From Carcharhinus longimanus (lineage: Eukaryota): a DNA stretch of 64,000 nt. The DNA is taken from the NCBI GenBank assembly GCA_030264375.1, contig JASCQW010000132.1:70025120-70089119 (forward strand). Direction: 5' to 3'. Below, in pieces: positions 39,151 to 52,200 of the stretch (position 1 is the first letter of the stretch; each line of letters opens with the position of its first letter). The position numbers and the translations under genes were made by a program. The notes beneath the pieces were generated by a model. It had not been told where the DNA came from. It was given only the letters and a program-made list of their open reading frames with translations, and did no database searches.

Positions 39151-39439
39151 TCCTGACCACAGAAAACAGGACAAATCAATTCAGCCAATTATTCCTCCAT
39201 CAGTCTATCCAATCATTGGTGAAGTGATAGAAGTCCTACTGCAATAACTTGGTAACTGATCCTGAATTTAGGTATTGGTTGGATTCAGTCCTGATTAAAC
39301 CATGGACAAAAGAATTGTGCCTTTAAGAAATGTATTCATATCATGTTTTTTGTGAAGGGTATGTTTATAAGTCAGCTCTGTTTTTATGGAGCCGATTCAT
39401 CTGCTCCAGGCAGCCTACATGCTGAGATTGATGAATGGG

Positions 39440-40570
39440 ATTGAAGGCAAATAAATCTTCAGGAACTGATAAACTTCATCCCAAAGTATTTAAGGAAGTG
39501 GCCCTAGAAATAGTAGATCCATTGGTGGCAATTTTCCAAAGTTCTTTGGAATCTGGAATGATTCCTATAGATTGGACGGTAGCTAATGTAAGCCCACTAG
39601 CTATAAACCAATGAGCCTTACACTGGTTGTAGGGAGGTTGCTAGAATCCATTAGAAGGGATTTCATAAGCAGTGGTATAATCAGCCAAAGTAAGCATGGG
39701 TTTGTGAAAGAGTAATCATGCTTGACAAATCAATTGGAATTCTTTGAGGATGTAACCAGCTGAATTAACCAGAGAGAAACAGTGGATGTGGTTTATTTTG
39801 AATTTCAGAAGGCTTTTGACAAGGTCTCACATAGCAGACTATTATGTAAAATTACATGGGTTTGTGGGTAATGTCTTAAGATGGAGAGAAAGCTGGTTAG
39901 CAGATCGGAAGCAAAGAGCTGGCATAAATGGGTTTTTTTGTGACTGGCAGTCAGTAACTATTGGGTTACCATAGGGATCTGTGCTAGGACCCCAACTGGA
40001 AAAGCAAATAATATATTACAAAGAGATTATGGATCAAGAATAACCAAGTCTAGGTGCAATTATACAGGAGCCTTCATGGCTTGCAGACTGTATATTGTTT
40101 TGAGTCTTCTTATCTAAGAAAGATACACTTGCTTTAGAAGGAGCGTAACAACATTTCACTGAACTGAACCCTGAATGAGGGAAATGTCCAAAGTGGAGAG
40201 ATTGAGTAAACTCGGCCAGGATTCCTTAGAGTGTGGATGAATATGATTGTATTGAAACAAATAAAATTCTTAAGGAGCTTTGACAGGAAAGTTTATTGAG
40301 AATGTTTCTCTTGACTGTGAAATGGAGAACATGTGGTCACAGTCTTGGAAAAAGGGGTCGGCTATTTGGAGTGGTGGTTAAATTTAATCTCGACACAGGA
40401 GTGTGAATCTTTGGAACTCTTTACCACAGATAGCTGTGGATGTTTAGATGTTGAATATATTCAAGACAGAGATTGATTGATTTTTGGATACTGGAGGAAT
40501 CGAGGGAATCTTTAAGTAAGCTGGAGTTGAGGTAGAAGATTAGCCCTTAGTAAATGCAGACTCATTAGGC
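39440..40570 (+). mobile_element. CR1-type LINE fragments, degenerate and internally deleted
   Basis: HPKVFKEVALEIVDPL, KHGFVK..SCLTN.LEFFE, FQKAFDKVSH, GSVLGP remnants, then 3' part. Confidence 0.8.
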
Positions 40571-40576
40571 TCATTA

Positions 40577-40747
40577 TGATTGTGTCTGAGCTTGTTCTCA
40601 CCTTGGAGAACAGGGCCGGTTTTGGTTTGATTGCAGTAATTAGGTCTGGTTACTGGATTTTCATCCAGATTTGTATGCAGAAATTGACAGTTTTGCTCCA
40701 AAACCAGCCCTGTTCTCTAAGGTGGAGAGCAAGGTTAAACACAATCA
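40577..40747. mobile_element. 171 bp hairpin MITE with ~48 bp TIRs, TA-flanked
   Basis: tgattgtgtctgagcttgttctcaccttggagaacagggccggttttgg / ccaaaaccagccctgttctctaaggtggagagcaaggttaaacacaatca; TA on both sides; partial copy at 41691-41809. Confidence 0.75.
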
Positions 40748-41442
40748 TAGAAGTTGGAATAATTCATTCAGCCCAATAAGTCTCCAGCTTCTATTTTCTT
40801 GGCTGGATTGTCTTTGGCAACAAAGCAATGGTGCTTACTGCTGACCTCAAAGAAAGCTGCCTGCAAAGATGTCGAGATCTCTGTGGTACAGAATTCGTCT
40901 TTTTCGATGGTAGCATGTCAGTGAGAATTCCAGGATGTCCAGTAGCTAGAAAGCAGGATGAACAGCAAATCACATTGAAGTATTCTCACAGACAACAGAC
41001 CAGGAAATTAAAAGGTCAGAACACTTCTACATTTGCAATGAGCAAAATATATGATTATGCTGGGATTAAGATAGGGGCTAAAATATTATAAGCACAGTTC
41101 AAAAACATCATTTTAAAACGTGGAACCTTTGTTTTAACGATAATGGAAAAATCTGACATTCCACAAATATAAAATGAGCTTTTCTGGGCCATTGGAGATG
41201 TTTTGCAATAGTTATGAACTGAGCATACTGCTAAAAACCCACTGCAGCTCATTTAACAACCTGTAACTTTTCAACATTTTAGTAACAAGACCAATCACGT
41301 AAAAGCTGAAGGTTTCATAGATTTACTGGTTGTTCCAGATTTTTGCTGCTGGACACCTCATCAGCTCACCCTGTGGAGGAGCATAAAGTCATTGCCAGAA
41401 ACTTCTGGATTTCCATGTTCCTTTACACCTGTACAGACTCCT

Positions 41443-41567
41443 GGAGGGAATTTTCCCATCCTGCCTGCCATGGGAATCATAGTGGACAGAGGGTGGATCA
41501 TGCAAGGTCTATTAACCTTGGTCAGGATTTTCCCTATTGGGGAAAGTGCAGCTGGAAAATCCTGCCT
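41443..41567. mobile_element. 125 bp Harbinger-like MITE
   Basis: Reverse-complement relative of 53295-53421 (ggaattttcccatc...ctggaaaatcctgcc). Confidence 0.7.
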
Positions 41568-42990
41568 TTGGAGCTGTTATCTGTTTCAGTGGAGTAACGA
41601 CAATGAAGGTTGACAGTTTTGCCATCATTACCACTGCAAAACCTGGGCTCTTATGTTTTTAAAGTCTGACTGGATGTTGTACCTGATAAATGATTGCAGC
41701 AACAATTAGGCCTGGTTACTGGATTTTCATCTAGATTTGTGTAGTAGTTGACAGTACTATTCCAAAACCAGTCCTGTTCTCCAAGGTGAGAATAAACTTA
41801 GACACAATCTTCTGCTTCTGACATATATATGGAATCTCAATCTACTTAACAACTGTTTATAGTCTACAGTTGCTACTTTGTGAAAATCTCATCTTAATGG
41901 ACAATATCTGATAAGTTGTTCAAGTTTATTTTACTTGACATTTAAAAGTCAGTGAAAATTTAGTCTTTAAGAATACTGATCCAGTGCGCCTTGCACTTCA
42001 GCTCACAACTTTAACAAGAGTGAAGCGTACACCATCTTTAGATTGTAACTTCATATTTCAGCACTGACATAAAGCCTTTTCAAAGTAGCCTTACCGCTTG
42101 ATTCAGTTGATGGGATTTCTTACTAACTGTTATGTCAGTAAAATTCTGTACAAGTTCTTAAGTTGACACACATCGTCATCATCATTGTGTTTGTTGAAAT
42201 TAGCAGGAAATCAGAAATATGTCTCTTTTGTGGAGCTTTGCAATCAGTAAAATATTTCATTTGGTGTTCAATAGTCTAGACATCATGAGCAGAGCTAACT
42301 AAAGAATATACATTGATAACATTAACCATGTTTAATTAGCTAATGTGTGAAGACATTATTAAACAAGATGATTTTTGAGCTGTTTGTATGCCCTTTTTCA
42401 TTTATTACTGCATAGTTACTTTGGTTTGATCTTAAATAAATTTATGAGTTTTGACAGTTTATTTAAAAGTGTTGATGCTTGTCAGATGGAAGGCACTGGA
42501 GAGACTTTTTGTTTCATGTTATTTGCTTTAATTGCATTAACAAATTCACTTATGTGAAGGGACTCCATGACTGTCTTAGTAGACTAAGAATGGTGCCGGA
42601 ATCAGTGACACAGGAGTGTGTTAAGACCATTGACTATAGTCAGAAATGTACAGGTACATTTCTGATCTCTCTGAAACTTTGACCCCTGCTGAGAATGGTA
42701 TTAAAACATAAGAAAAAGAACAAGAGCATGCCGTTTGGCCTCATGAGCCTGCTCCATTAGATCATTTACCTGGTCCTGGACTCTGGGACTTGGAATTTGG
42801 AGACTGCTTGTAATCCCATTCCTGTCCACTGCTGCCATTGGTATGGCTGGAAACTGCAGAACTGAGGTGGGACTTCCAATTGAGTGAGAGTAGAAGTCCT
42901 ATATTCAGCTAATTAACACCCCTCAGGCTGCTAAATGGCTGCAGGGCTGCCTGTCAATCTGGTTTCTGGTCAGAGAAACCAAGATACTAT

Positions 42991-43115
42991 GGGCAGAATT
43001 TCATGGTCCTGTCATGGTGAGATGTGGTGGTAAATTTGGCAAGCAGTTCAGAAGTCCATTGACAATTATGGGACAGGAAAATCCTGCTGGCAGGAGGGGC
43101 TGCAAAATCCCACCC
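42991..43115. mobile_element. 125 bp Harbinger-like MITE
   Basis: Ends gggcagaattt / aaaatcccaccc with TSD TAT/TAT; inverted relative of 25649-25775. Confidence 0.7.
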
Positions 43116-45020
43116 TATGTGTGCCACTTATATTAAACCTGAGTAAGACATTGTAAACTCAGCTGATTATCAAAGTGGTCTGTTGCTCACCTATTAAGGC
43201 AGGAAATTTATCTGTATTACATCTAGAGATCCTAATTGTTTGCTCAGGGAAATCAACTGGCTCAATTCACAGTTTCAGTTTTTTTCTGTGAATCCTCCTG
43301 AGTGATGCTTGATTAATTTTAGCCACTTTATTTTTAGCTCATGTACGAAAACCAATGATGATTGATGCTTACCATTTATTTATTTGAGTAACAATGTGCA
43401 TTAAATGTTGAAATTCCTTTTTGCGCATTCTTTGGCATCAGAAACTGTATCTGAAATCATGTTTGGATATAATTTGTGTTTATTGAACCTGATCTTAAAA
43501 TCAGAAGAAAATTATTTGAATTTTATTCTTCTTGTTGCTGAAAAGAAGTATCTGACAAAAGTCTTTCCATCCTGTGTTTGGTATGATGTGGTACAGAGCC
43601 AACTGAAACACTCAAACTATTGTTTCTCCATATAAGATTTGAAGAGTGCTTTTATATGCAACACTCCAAATATAAAAAAAACAGTAATTCTTATTTTCTT
43701 GTATATGTACACTATTTATTGTTCTATTTGCTTCATTCTTATCTACAGCATTGTTATCTACATAGAGATGGAACAGTCTTCCATAGCAATAAATTAAATG
43801 CTCATTTGTAAACATTTCAAGCAAAAAAATACTAACTATGAGTTAATTTCTGTGATGTATAGAACTTGGAATATGATTTGAACTATTGCCTCAAGGATTA
43901 TAAATATCTAGATTGACCAACAGATTTTCAGATGCTTGAGAAATATGTCGAGGACAGTATAGTTCAGATGATTGCATTCCTTTTAATTTACTCACTGTTG
44001 GTGCACAGGACATTGAAGGCTCTGAGTAATAATTGAATTGCAGGATTATTGAGTTGATATGCTAATTATTTTATTATAGACAAGTTTAATATTTTAATGA
44101 ACCAAGTTCTTGATATGGACCCTCACTATTTTTAGGCATTGGGAAGATACCGTGAACATCATTAACAAGCTGATTTATCCATTCATGCAATGACTAAGCC
44201 TCCTTATTGGAGCATGACATTTACTTCCAGTGTCTGGAAAGATCAGGCTATAAAAATATGTCCTTCACCACATTCTGCTGTGGATATTTACAGGGAGGTG
44301 GAAATGGGCAAATGGGGACATTTGTATTCTTGAGAAACCCCAGTGGAACAGCTTTCCCTCAGGTCTTGCCAAAGATAACAGCTGGACTTGCAAATTTTTT
44401 TGTCCCCATTTCCCAGGTTGATTGGGGGGTGGGCCTGTGGCATCGCACTGTAGTTGGGTAACAGTGAGGAGGGACAGCAGGATTGGACAGACCTAGGGTT
44501 GGAATGGATGGAGGGTGATGGTGAGGGTTGGGGGCTTGGGGTTTTGTGGGGTGGGAAATCAGAGGCTAGTAAGAATGGGATCAGAAAGGTCAATAGAGGG
44601 GGACTTTGATAGGTTCGGGGTGGGGGAGAGATCAGAGGCTATAGCCAGGGAGCATGGAGGACTGAAGGACTGCACTGGAAAAGTTGGATCTGTCAGGAGG
44701 AGATTATGGCTCAGTGGGAAACGTATGATGGAGAAGTCTGACCACATGGATGGGAGCAGGAGGAATTGTGGAAAGGCTGACTGTGGAGTGGGGTGAAGAG
44801 AGTTATCTTTGTGGGTCAGCCATTTATAGTTGTAGTTTATGACAAGGGGAGAGAGGAGAAGCTTTCCTACTGTTTCTGGCCTACTAACAGCACTGGAAAG
44901 GCACTCCATCCCTTCTCTCTTTAGCTGTCAGGTCTGAAGGTCAAGGAAAACTATCCATCCAAATACAATTTAAAATTAGATTAAATTTGAGGTACACAGT
45001 CTGGATCCCTGTGCTGTCAT

Positions 45021-47357
45021 TGTCATACTATTGGATTCTTAAAATTTGTGTATTGAAACATACAAGTTTATTGTTAATATTTAACGATTTATAAATCCCA
45101 GTTAATGTCATGCATTGAGCTACTTCTTCATGCAGGATGCTTTCACAGTGATCTATTCAGGATCTAATACTATATATCAAACCATGGGTTGTGCTATCCT
45201 CCAGTTCCACATTAACATTTGTTCTACCATGCACCTTTACATTACAATGGCATGTAGGCACATGATGAAACATCCCCTTTTCTTCTCAATAGAAACCCTC
45301 CCGCCCTTACATTATCAATTCAGGCAGTCTTCAATCTTGACAGCTCTTGATAGCTCTTCCACATTTTGGTCTATTACACTTGGAGGAATGGTAGTGGTAC
45401 TCTTTGTTATGGTACTTGGTCATCTCCACTTAATTCAATTTTTGTGCTCCAAGAACTGCGCATCTCTTTATTAACAACTCACCTGCTCTGTTTGGACACT
45501 GGATTCGTGCTCTTCCTTTCCATGGTGCCCATCATGTTTTTACTGGACGTTTGGCAAATAGAACCTTCATTTCCATTTTTTTCACAATCTCAGCCAAATA
45601 TTTGTTAACTGTTTGATTTTTCAATAACTCAATAGTTCTCAGTATTCGATCTAAGACATCTAGTTCTTTTTCTTCTTCTAGTTGCTTACTTTTTCAAGTC
45701 CTTAATTTTGGTTTCACTGTTGGCCAGATCTGTCTCCACTTATGCCTTACCTTGTTTCAGTTCCCTAATCATACTACTTATGGCTTCATTGTGTGCTTGC
45801 AGTTTGGAAAGTTCTATGGCTTTTCCTTTCAATGCCTCCTTTTCTTCATTCAGTTTCTTCGTCTGTGCCTTGTAGTTTTCGGCTTCCTCCTGGAATATTC
45901 CAGAGGAATGCACTTTGACATGACGGATTCTTGCAGTGTGCAAAGGTCTTGCTGTAGGTTTTCCTTTTCTTTGCAAAGCTTGTTTGCTTTATCTTGCATT
46001 TTTCAACAAAGTTTTCTCGAGTTTCTTCTGCTATGCTTCTATTCTGCTGTGAAAGACATCCTTCCTGTCTTCATGTTGCTGATTGGTTATGCATTCATTT
46101 TGTATTTGATCTTGAAGAACACTCAACTGTTCTTTCAACCATTTATTTCTTTGTTGAGCTCTTGGTGACTCACTCTGGATTTCAGTGCATTGTCTCATTG
46201 ATTCAGCTTCAATCTTGTGGTTCAAATCTTCAGGTTCTGCTCTGATGTGAATATTTTTCTGTATAACAGCTTCATTTACTTTTTCCATGTTTTGTTTCTT
46301 TTGTTTGTAGCTTTCCTTCATTCACAGCCATCTGCACACTCTGTACTGACACCTACTGTTGCAAATTGGGTACTGTGTTAGCATTTTCAAGAAACCTTAC
46401 TGAGCCTTTCTGCTGCTTCTCAGCCATTTCTTTCTTCTGTATTAAACTCTTTGGCTTATGCATTTCATTGCACAGACATAATCAATAATGCTCTTGTGGT
46501 GTCCTCACTCTGGGGTCTTCTGTCTCACTTTGGTGTTTTCTGGCTCCCTTGCTCTTGGGTCCTTTGTTGCTTTTTCTCTGCAGTCTCTTGTTGGCTTTCC
46601 TCTGCAGTCTTTTGATGCCATTGGTACTTTATTGGAATTTGTCCTCACTCTGGGGTTTCTTCTAATTTTTTGTAACTTATTTAAGTTCAATGCAGCAGGC
46701 CCACCATTGTTGTAATCCACTGTGCCCTTGGGACCACCACCTATTCGATGACAAGCACTGCTTCTTAATTGTAATTATTGCTCACTGTCTCATGAACCGA
46801 CCAGGTTCTTTGACTCTGCATCACTCAGGGTCTTACAATGAACTTCTACTCACTCTGGTGGTCTCCTGAGTGTCTAGGTCTGTAGTGAAGCTTCTTCAAT
46901 TGTTTCTTCAATTTTTCTTTTTGGACGCTCATCTCTTTGGTTTGACTTCAGTTGTTTATAATCTTGTATATCTTGGGATACTGCTGTGGGTTCTTCATTT
47001 AAAATGCTGCCTTTCATATCATTGCTGTTCACCATGTTGTGTTTTGATGTTGGAGCAACTGTTGTCAATCATGTCATAATAAGATATCTTTTGATGTCTT
47101 AATGATGGGATCTGGAGACTTATCTGTTTAAACATGAACTGTTGTTGTTAATCTTCAAATATGTACAGATCCAAGACATTATCATGCATGGAGCTACTTC
47201 TCTAGGCAGGGTGCTTTCAGAGTGTTCTCTCTCAGAGGCTATTACAATGTGAATCTATACATTATACCATGGGCAATGCTGTTGCCCAGTCCCACATATA
47301 CAGTTGCTCTGCTGAGTAGCTTTAAATTACAATGGCTTGCAGACACATAAGACAACA
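45021..47357 (-). mobile_element. Non-autonomous LTR element with decayed coiled-coil internal ORF
   Basis: Diverged direct repeats ~45021-45272 and ~47072-47357, both starting TGTT on minus; PPT gagaagaaaagggga before the 3' LTR; AATAAA in the LTR; K/E/Q-rich ORF fragments on minus. Confidence 0.7.
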
Positions 47358-47595
47358 GCTGCAATGCTGCCGATAGCCACCTTGCCTATTTGTGCTGGCA
47401 GCAATGAGAAGCTTCCAACCTCTAATTGGCTGGCAGCTCTTGGTAGGTGGAACTTTCACCATCAGGAACCACAATCATGGTCCAACGGCTGCTGATTAAG
47501 TGCACGAAGAGCAGTTGATACTGTCTGACTATCTCCATGGAACTGACAGGATTCTCAGCAAAGACCCTGTCAGCCTAATAAAATCCCAGTGTGTT

Positions 47596-47870
47596 CATGC
47601 AATCCCTACAGTACAGAAGTGGCCATTTGACCCATTGAGCTTGTATCGACAACAATCCCACCCAGGCTCTATTCCCATAACCCCACATAATAATCCTGCT
47701 AATCCCCCTGACACTAAGTGATAATTTAGCATGGCCAATCAACCTAATCTGCACATCATTGGAGTGTGGGAGGAAACTGGAGCACCTGAAGGAAACCCAT
47801 GCAGATACGGGGTGAATGTTCAAAGTCCACACAGACAGTCACCTGAGGCTGGAATTGAATCTGTGTCTCT
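47596..47870 (-). mobile_element. HE1-type V-SINE (5' truncated)
   Basis: aatttagcatggccaatcaacctaatctgcacatc...ggaggaaactggagcac...cacacagacagtcacc. Confidence 0.88.
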
Positions 47871-47894
47871 CTTCATATGACAGATCCGCAATCT

Positions 47895-49586
47895 GAGGAA
47901 TCAGTCTGATAAACCTTCGCTATTTTCCTCTATAGCAAGGACATCCTTCCTCAGAGAAGGATACCAAAACTGCCACAATATTTCAAATGTGGTGACCCCA
48001 ACGCTCTCCCTATACAGTTGCAGCAAAACATCCGTATACCCATATGCAAATCCTCTTGCTATGAAGGCCAACATACCATTTGCCTTCTTTACTGATTGCT
48101 GAACCTGCAAGCTAACTTTCAGTGACTGATGCACGAGGACTCCCAGGTCTCATTGAGTATCCATTTCTCTCAATTTACACCCACTTGAATAATAATCTGC
48201 CTTCCTATTATTGCTACCAAAGTGGGCAACCTCACATTTATCCACATTACATTGCATCTGCCATGCAGATGCCCAGACACCCAGCCTGTCCAATGCACAC
48301 TGAAGCATCTCTTCGTCCTCCTAACAGCTCGCCCTCCTACCCAACTTTGCATCATCTGCAAATTTGGAGATTATACATTCAGTTCCCTCTTCCAAATTAT
48401 TAATATATAATGTGAACAGTTGGGGTCCTAGCATAGATCCATGCAGAGCCCTGCTAGTCATTGACTGCTAATCAGCAAAAGACCCATTTATGCCACTTCT
48501 TTGCTTCCTATCTTCTAACCAGCTTTCTTTCCATCTCAAGACATTACTTGCAATCCCATGTGCTCTAACTTTTCATAGTAGTCTGCTATGTGAAAGCCTT
48601 CTGAAAGACTAAATAAACCATATCCACTGGTTCTCCTCAGTCAACTCTACTAGTTACATCCTCAAAGAATTCCAATAGATTTGTCAAGCAGGATTTCCCT
48701 TTTGTAAATTCATGCTGACTTTGTCTGATTATACAATTGCCTTCCAAATGCTGAGTTATGAAATCCTTGATAATAGACACTAGCAATTCCCTAATACCGA
48801 CGTTAAGCTCACTACTCTATATTTCCCTGTTTTCTCTCCACCTCCCTTTTTGAACAGCGGGATTACATCAGCTACCCTCCAATCTTAAGGAACTAGTTCA
48901 GAGTCAAAAGAATTTTGGAAAATAACCAACAACGGATCCACTATTTCTAGGGCCACTTCCTTAAGTACTCTGGGATGAAGATTATCAGGATTTGTATATT
49001 TATCCACCTTCAATCCCATCAATTACTCCAAAGCCATTTCTCTACTAATGCTGATTTCCTTCAACTCCTCACTAAAACATGTTTCTCTTAGCACCTCTGG
49101 TGCATTATTCATGTCTCCCTTTGTGATGACTGAAGCACAGTACAAATTTAATTATTCAACCATTTTGTTTATTCTCTGTTATGGATTCTACCGTTTCTGA
49201 CTTAAAGGGGCCTACATTTGTTTTTGTCAATCTTCTTCTGTTTACGTATCTATAGTAGCTTTTGTAGTCAGTTTTTATATTCCCCACTAGCTTTCTTTCA
49301 TACTATATTTCCCTTCTTAATCAATCCCTTGATCCTCCTTTGCTGAATTTTAAACTGCTCCTGATCCTCAGGCCTATTGCTTTTTCTTGTCAATTTGTAT
49401 GCTTCTTCTTTCAATCTGATACTATCTCTAATTTCCCTTTTAAGCCATTTGTCCATAATTTCTTTACACATCTTGCGCCAAACAGGAATAAGTAACTTCT
49501 GGAGTTCGCCTATTCATTCTTTAAATGCCTGCCATTGCCTGTCCACTGTCTTTCCTTTCAGTAATGTTTCCCAGTCCATCATGGCC
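47895..49586 (-). mobile_element. CR1-type LINE ORF2 fragment (linker + RT), degenerate
   Basis: Minus strand DWETLLKGKTVDRQWQAFKE, HPRVLKEVALEIVDPL, SKFADD, KKANGMLAFIARG. Confidence 0.88.
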
Positions 49587-50044
49587 NNNNNNNNNNNNNN
49601 NNNNNNNNNNNNNNNNNNNNNNNNNNNNNNNNNNNNNNNNNNNNNNNNNNNNNNNNNNNNNNNNNNNNNNNNNNNNNNNNNNNNNNNNNNNNNNNNNNNN
49701 NNNNNNNNNNNNNNNNNNNNNNNNNNNNNNNNNNNNNNNNNNNNNNNNNNNNNNNNNNNNNNNNNNNNNNNNNNNNNNNNNNNNNNNNNNNNNNNNNNNN
49801 NNNNNNNNNNNNNNNNNNNNNNNNNNNNNNNNNNNNNNNNNNNNNNNNNNNNNNNNNNNNNNNNNNNNNNNNNNNNNNNNNNNNNNNNNNNNNNNNNNNN
49901 NNNNNNNNNNNNNNNNNNNNNNNNNNNNNNNNNNNNNNNNNNNNNNNNNNNNNNNNNNNNNNNNNNNNNNNNNNNNNNNNNNNNNNNNNNNNNNNNNNNN
50001 NNNNNNNNNNNNNNNNNNNNNNNNNNNNNNNNNNNNNNNNNNNN

Positions 50045-50255
50045 CTGCTTGGGTTTCCGTCGGGTGCTCCGGTTTCCTCCCACAGTCCAAACATATGTGG
50101 GTTAGGTGATTTGGCCATGGTAAATTGCTTCTCAGTGTCAGGGAACTAGCTAGGGTAAATGAATGGGGTTATGGGGATAAGGCCCGGGTGGGATTGTGGT
50201 CAGTATAGATGTGATGGGCCAAATGGCTTCCTTCTGCACTGTATGAAATTCGATG
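50045..50255 (+). mobile_element. HE1-type V-SINE (5' part in gap)
   Basis: gggtgctccggtttcctcccacagtcc...gggtgggattgtggtc...ccttctgcactgta. Confidence 0.88.
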
Positions 50256-51642
50256 AAACTTCTAGAAGTTCTTTCATTTCAGGGCGTAGAAAATAATAAC
50301 CAAGAGGTCACAAATAAAATAAAGATCAAAATAAAACATTGGCTGACAAATTGAGTGCTTTTTGTTACAGCGACACCATAAGTCCGTAAAATATAGGCCA
50401 TTTACTCAGCAAGTCTGTTCCACTGTTCAATGTGATCAAGTCTGATCTGACATGATAATCCTCAACTTCATTTTCCCACCTTATCTCCATAACCCTTACT
50501 GATTACAAATCTGTCTATCTTAGTCTAGAAGAAAAATATTATGCAATACGATGGAAATGTTTAAAAAATCATGAAAGGATGCAACATGGTTCAGAGAAAC
50601 AAACTTTTTTTTAATAAAATTGAGAGGCCTAGTTCAAGGAGCCATGGAAACAATGCTGGATGTAAGAGATTTAGGACTGAGAAATGTCTTATGAGGCTGT
50701 GGATTCATTTCCAGGATTTGTGGCTGAGACAGGAACAATGTGAACAATCAAAATTAGACTGGTGGAGGGCAAAGGGATCAAGGAATGTGGGATTAGGGCT
50801 GTGAATNNNNNNNNNNATTAACACAGACAAGGAGTGGCTATGTTAAATGGTGTGCGTCAATGTTGTAACTTCTAGATGTGCATTGATGTGACTAACTATG
50901 ATTCAGCAAATTATTTACTTTAACACTTAAGGCACATCTTTATACCTCAAGCACCTAAACTATAGAACTCACCATCCACTATCTCCACTTGCAAGCTTCA
51001 GTCTTTTTTCCAGAAGAGCCTGCTGATCTTCCAGATATATAACCGTTTCCAAGACTCTTGTTCCAAACTTTGTGCTGTCTTACACCATCATTTTCATCTC
51101 ATCACTCTCAAGTATTAATTGAGAATTTTTATATGCTTACTATATAAATCTACGATGTAATTGATGATTTTATCCTGGCATGGAGTTTAGGAATTTGCAA
51201 TCCTTTCAGACACCACTGCAAATAAAGCTGATTTCCTTAAGAAGACCAGTTATTTACTTTACTTCGCCACCACCTCTCTTGATTCCTCCACTGTTGCAAC
51301 ATTATCAGATGCCTAATATGACATCCAGCAGGCATTTCCTTCAGTTAGATACTGGGAAAACTAAAGCCATTTATTTCTATTTCAGCTCCAAACTCCATTC
51401 CTTTATTCCTTTCCTTGTTCTCTATTCCTTCCCCTGGTAACAAACTAAGGTGAAGCTAGTCTGTTAGCCACCTTTCAACCTCAAATTCATGTCAACACAA
51501 TGACCACGTATATCCACCTCCATGACTTCACTCAGCTTCACCCCTATCGCAACTGATGAAACCCTTGTTTATGCTTTGTTCCCTCGGGACTTGACAATTT
51601 GAATGGACTTCTGCCTGCTCTCTCTCATTTTACCTACCTTAT

Positions 51643-51935
51643 ATAGAAACATAGAAGATAGAAGTAGGAGGAGGCCATTTGGCTCTTCGAGCCTGCACTG
51701 CCATTCAATATGATCATGGCTGATCGTTCAATTCAATAACTTAATCCTGCCTTTTCCCCATAACCTTTGATCTCATTTGCCCCAAGTGCTTTCTCTAATC
51801 GCCTCTAGAATACATTCAATGTTTTGGCATCTATTACTTCCTGTGGTAATGAATTCCATAGGCTCAACACTCTCTGGACAAAGAAATGTCACCTCACCTC
51901 CGTCCTAAATGGTCTATCCTGAATCTTCAAACTGT
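51643..51935 (-). mobile_element. CR1-type 3' end inserted in L2
   Basis: catagaagatagaagtaggaggaggccatttggctcttcgagcc...gaattccataggctcaacactctctgg. Confidence 0.85.
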
Positions 51936-52200
51936 GATCTTAAAATTTTCCAAAACTCTGCTCTCTGTGTCTTTGCTCACGGCAAGTCCGGTTCCCCAAT
52001 CACACCTATGTTCACTTACCTCTTTGGCAACCAGGTAAACAATGTCTCCTTTTTAAACTTCTCACACTTGTTTTCAAATTTCTCCATGGTCTTGCCCCTC
52101 CTATCTCTAGCATCTCTGCTGGCTCTACAACCCTCCAAGATACCTAATTTTGGCCTTTTCTGCACCCAATTTTAATTATTCCACCCTTTGGTGGCTATTT

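Noticed and set aside
49377-50118. Longest ORFs in the track (179-242 aa)
   Set aside because: Open only because they run through N gaps; flanks are CR1 and SINE
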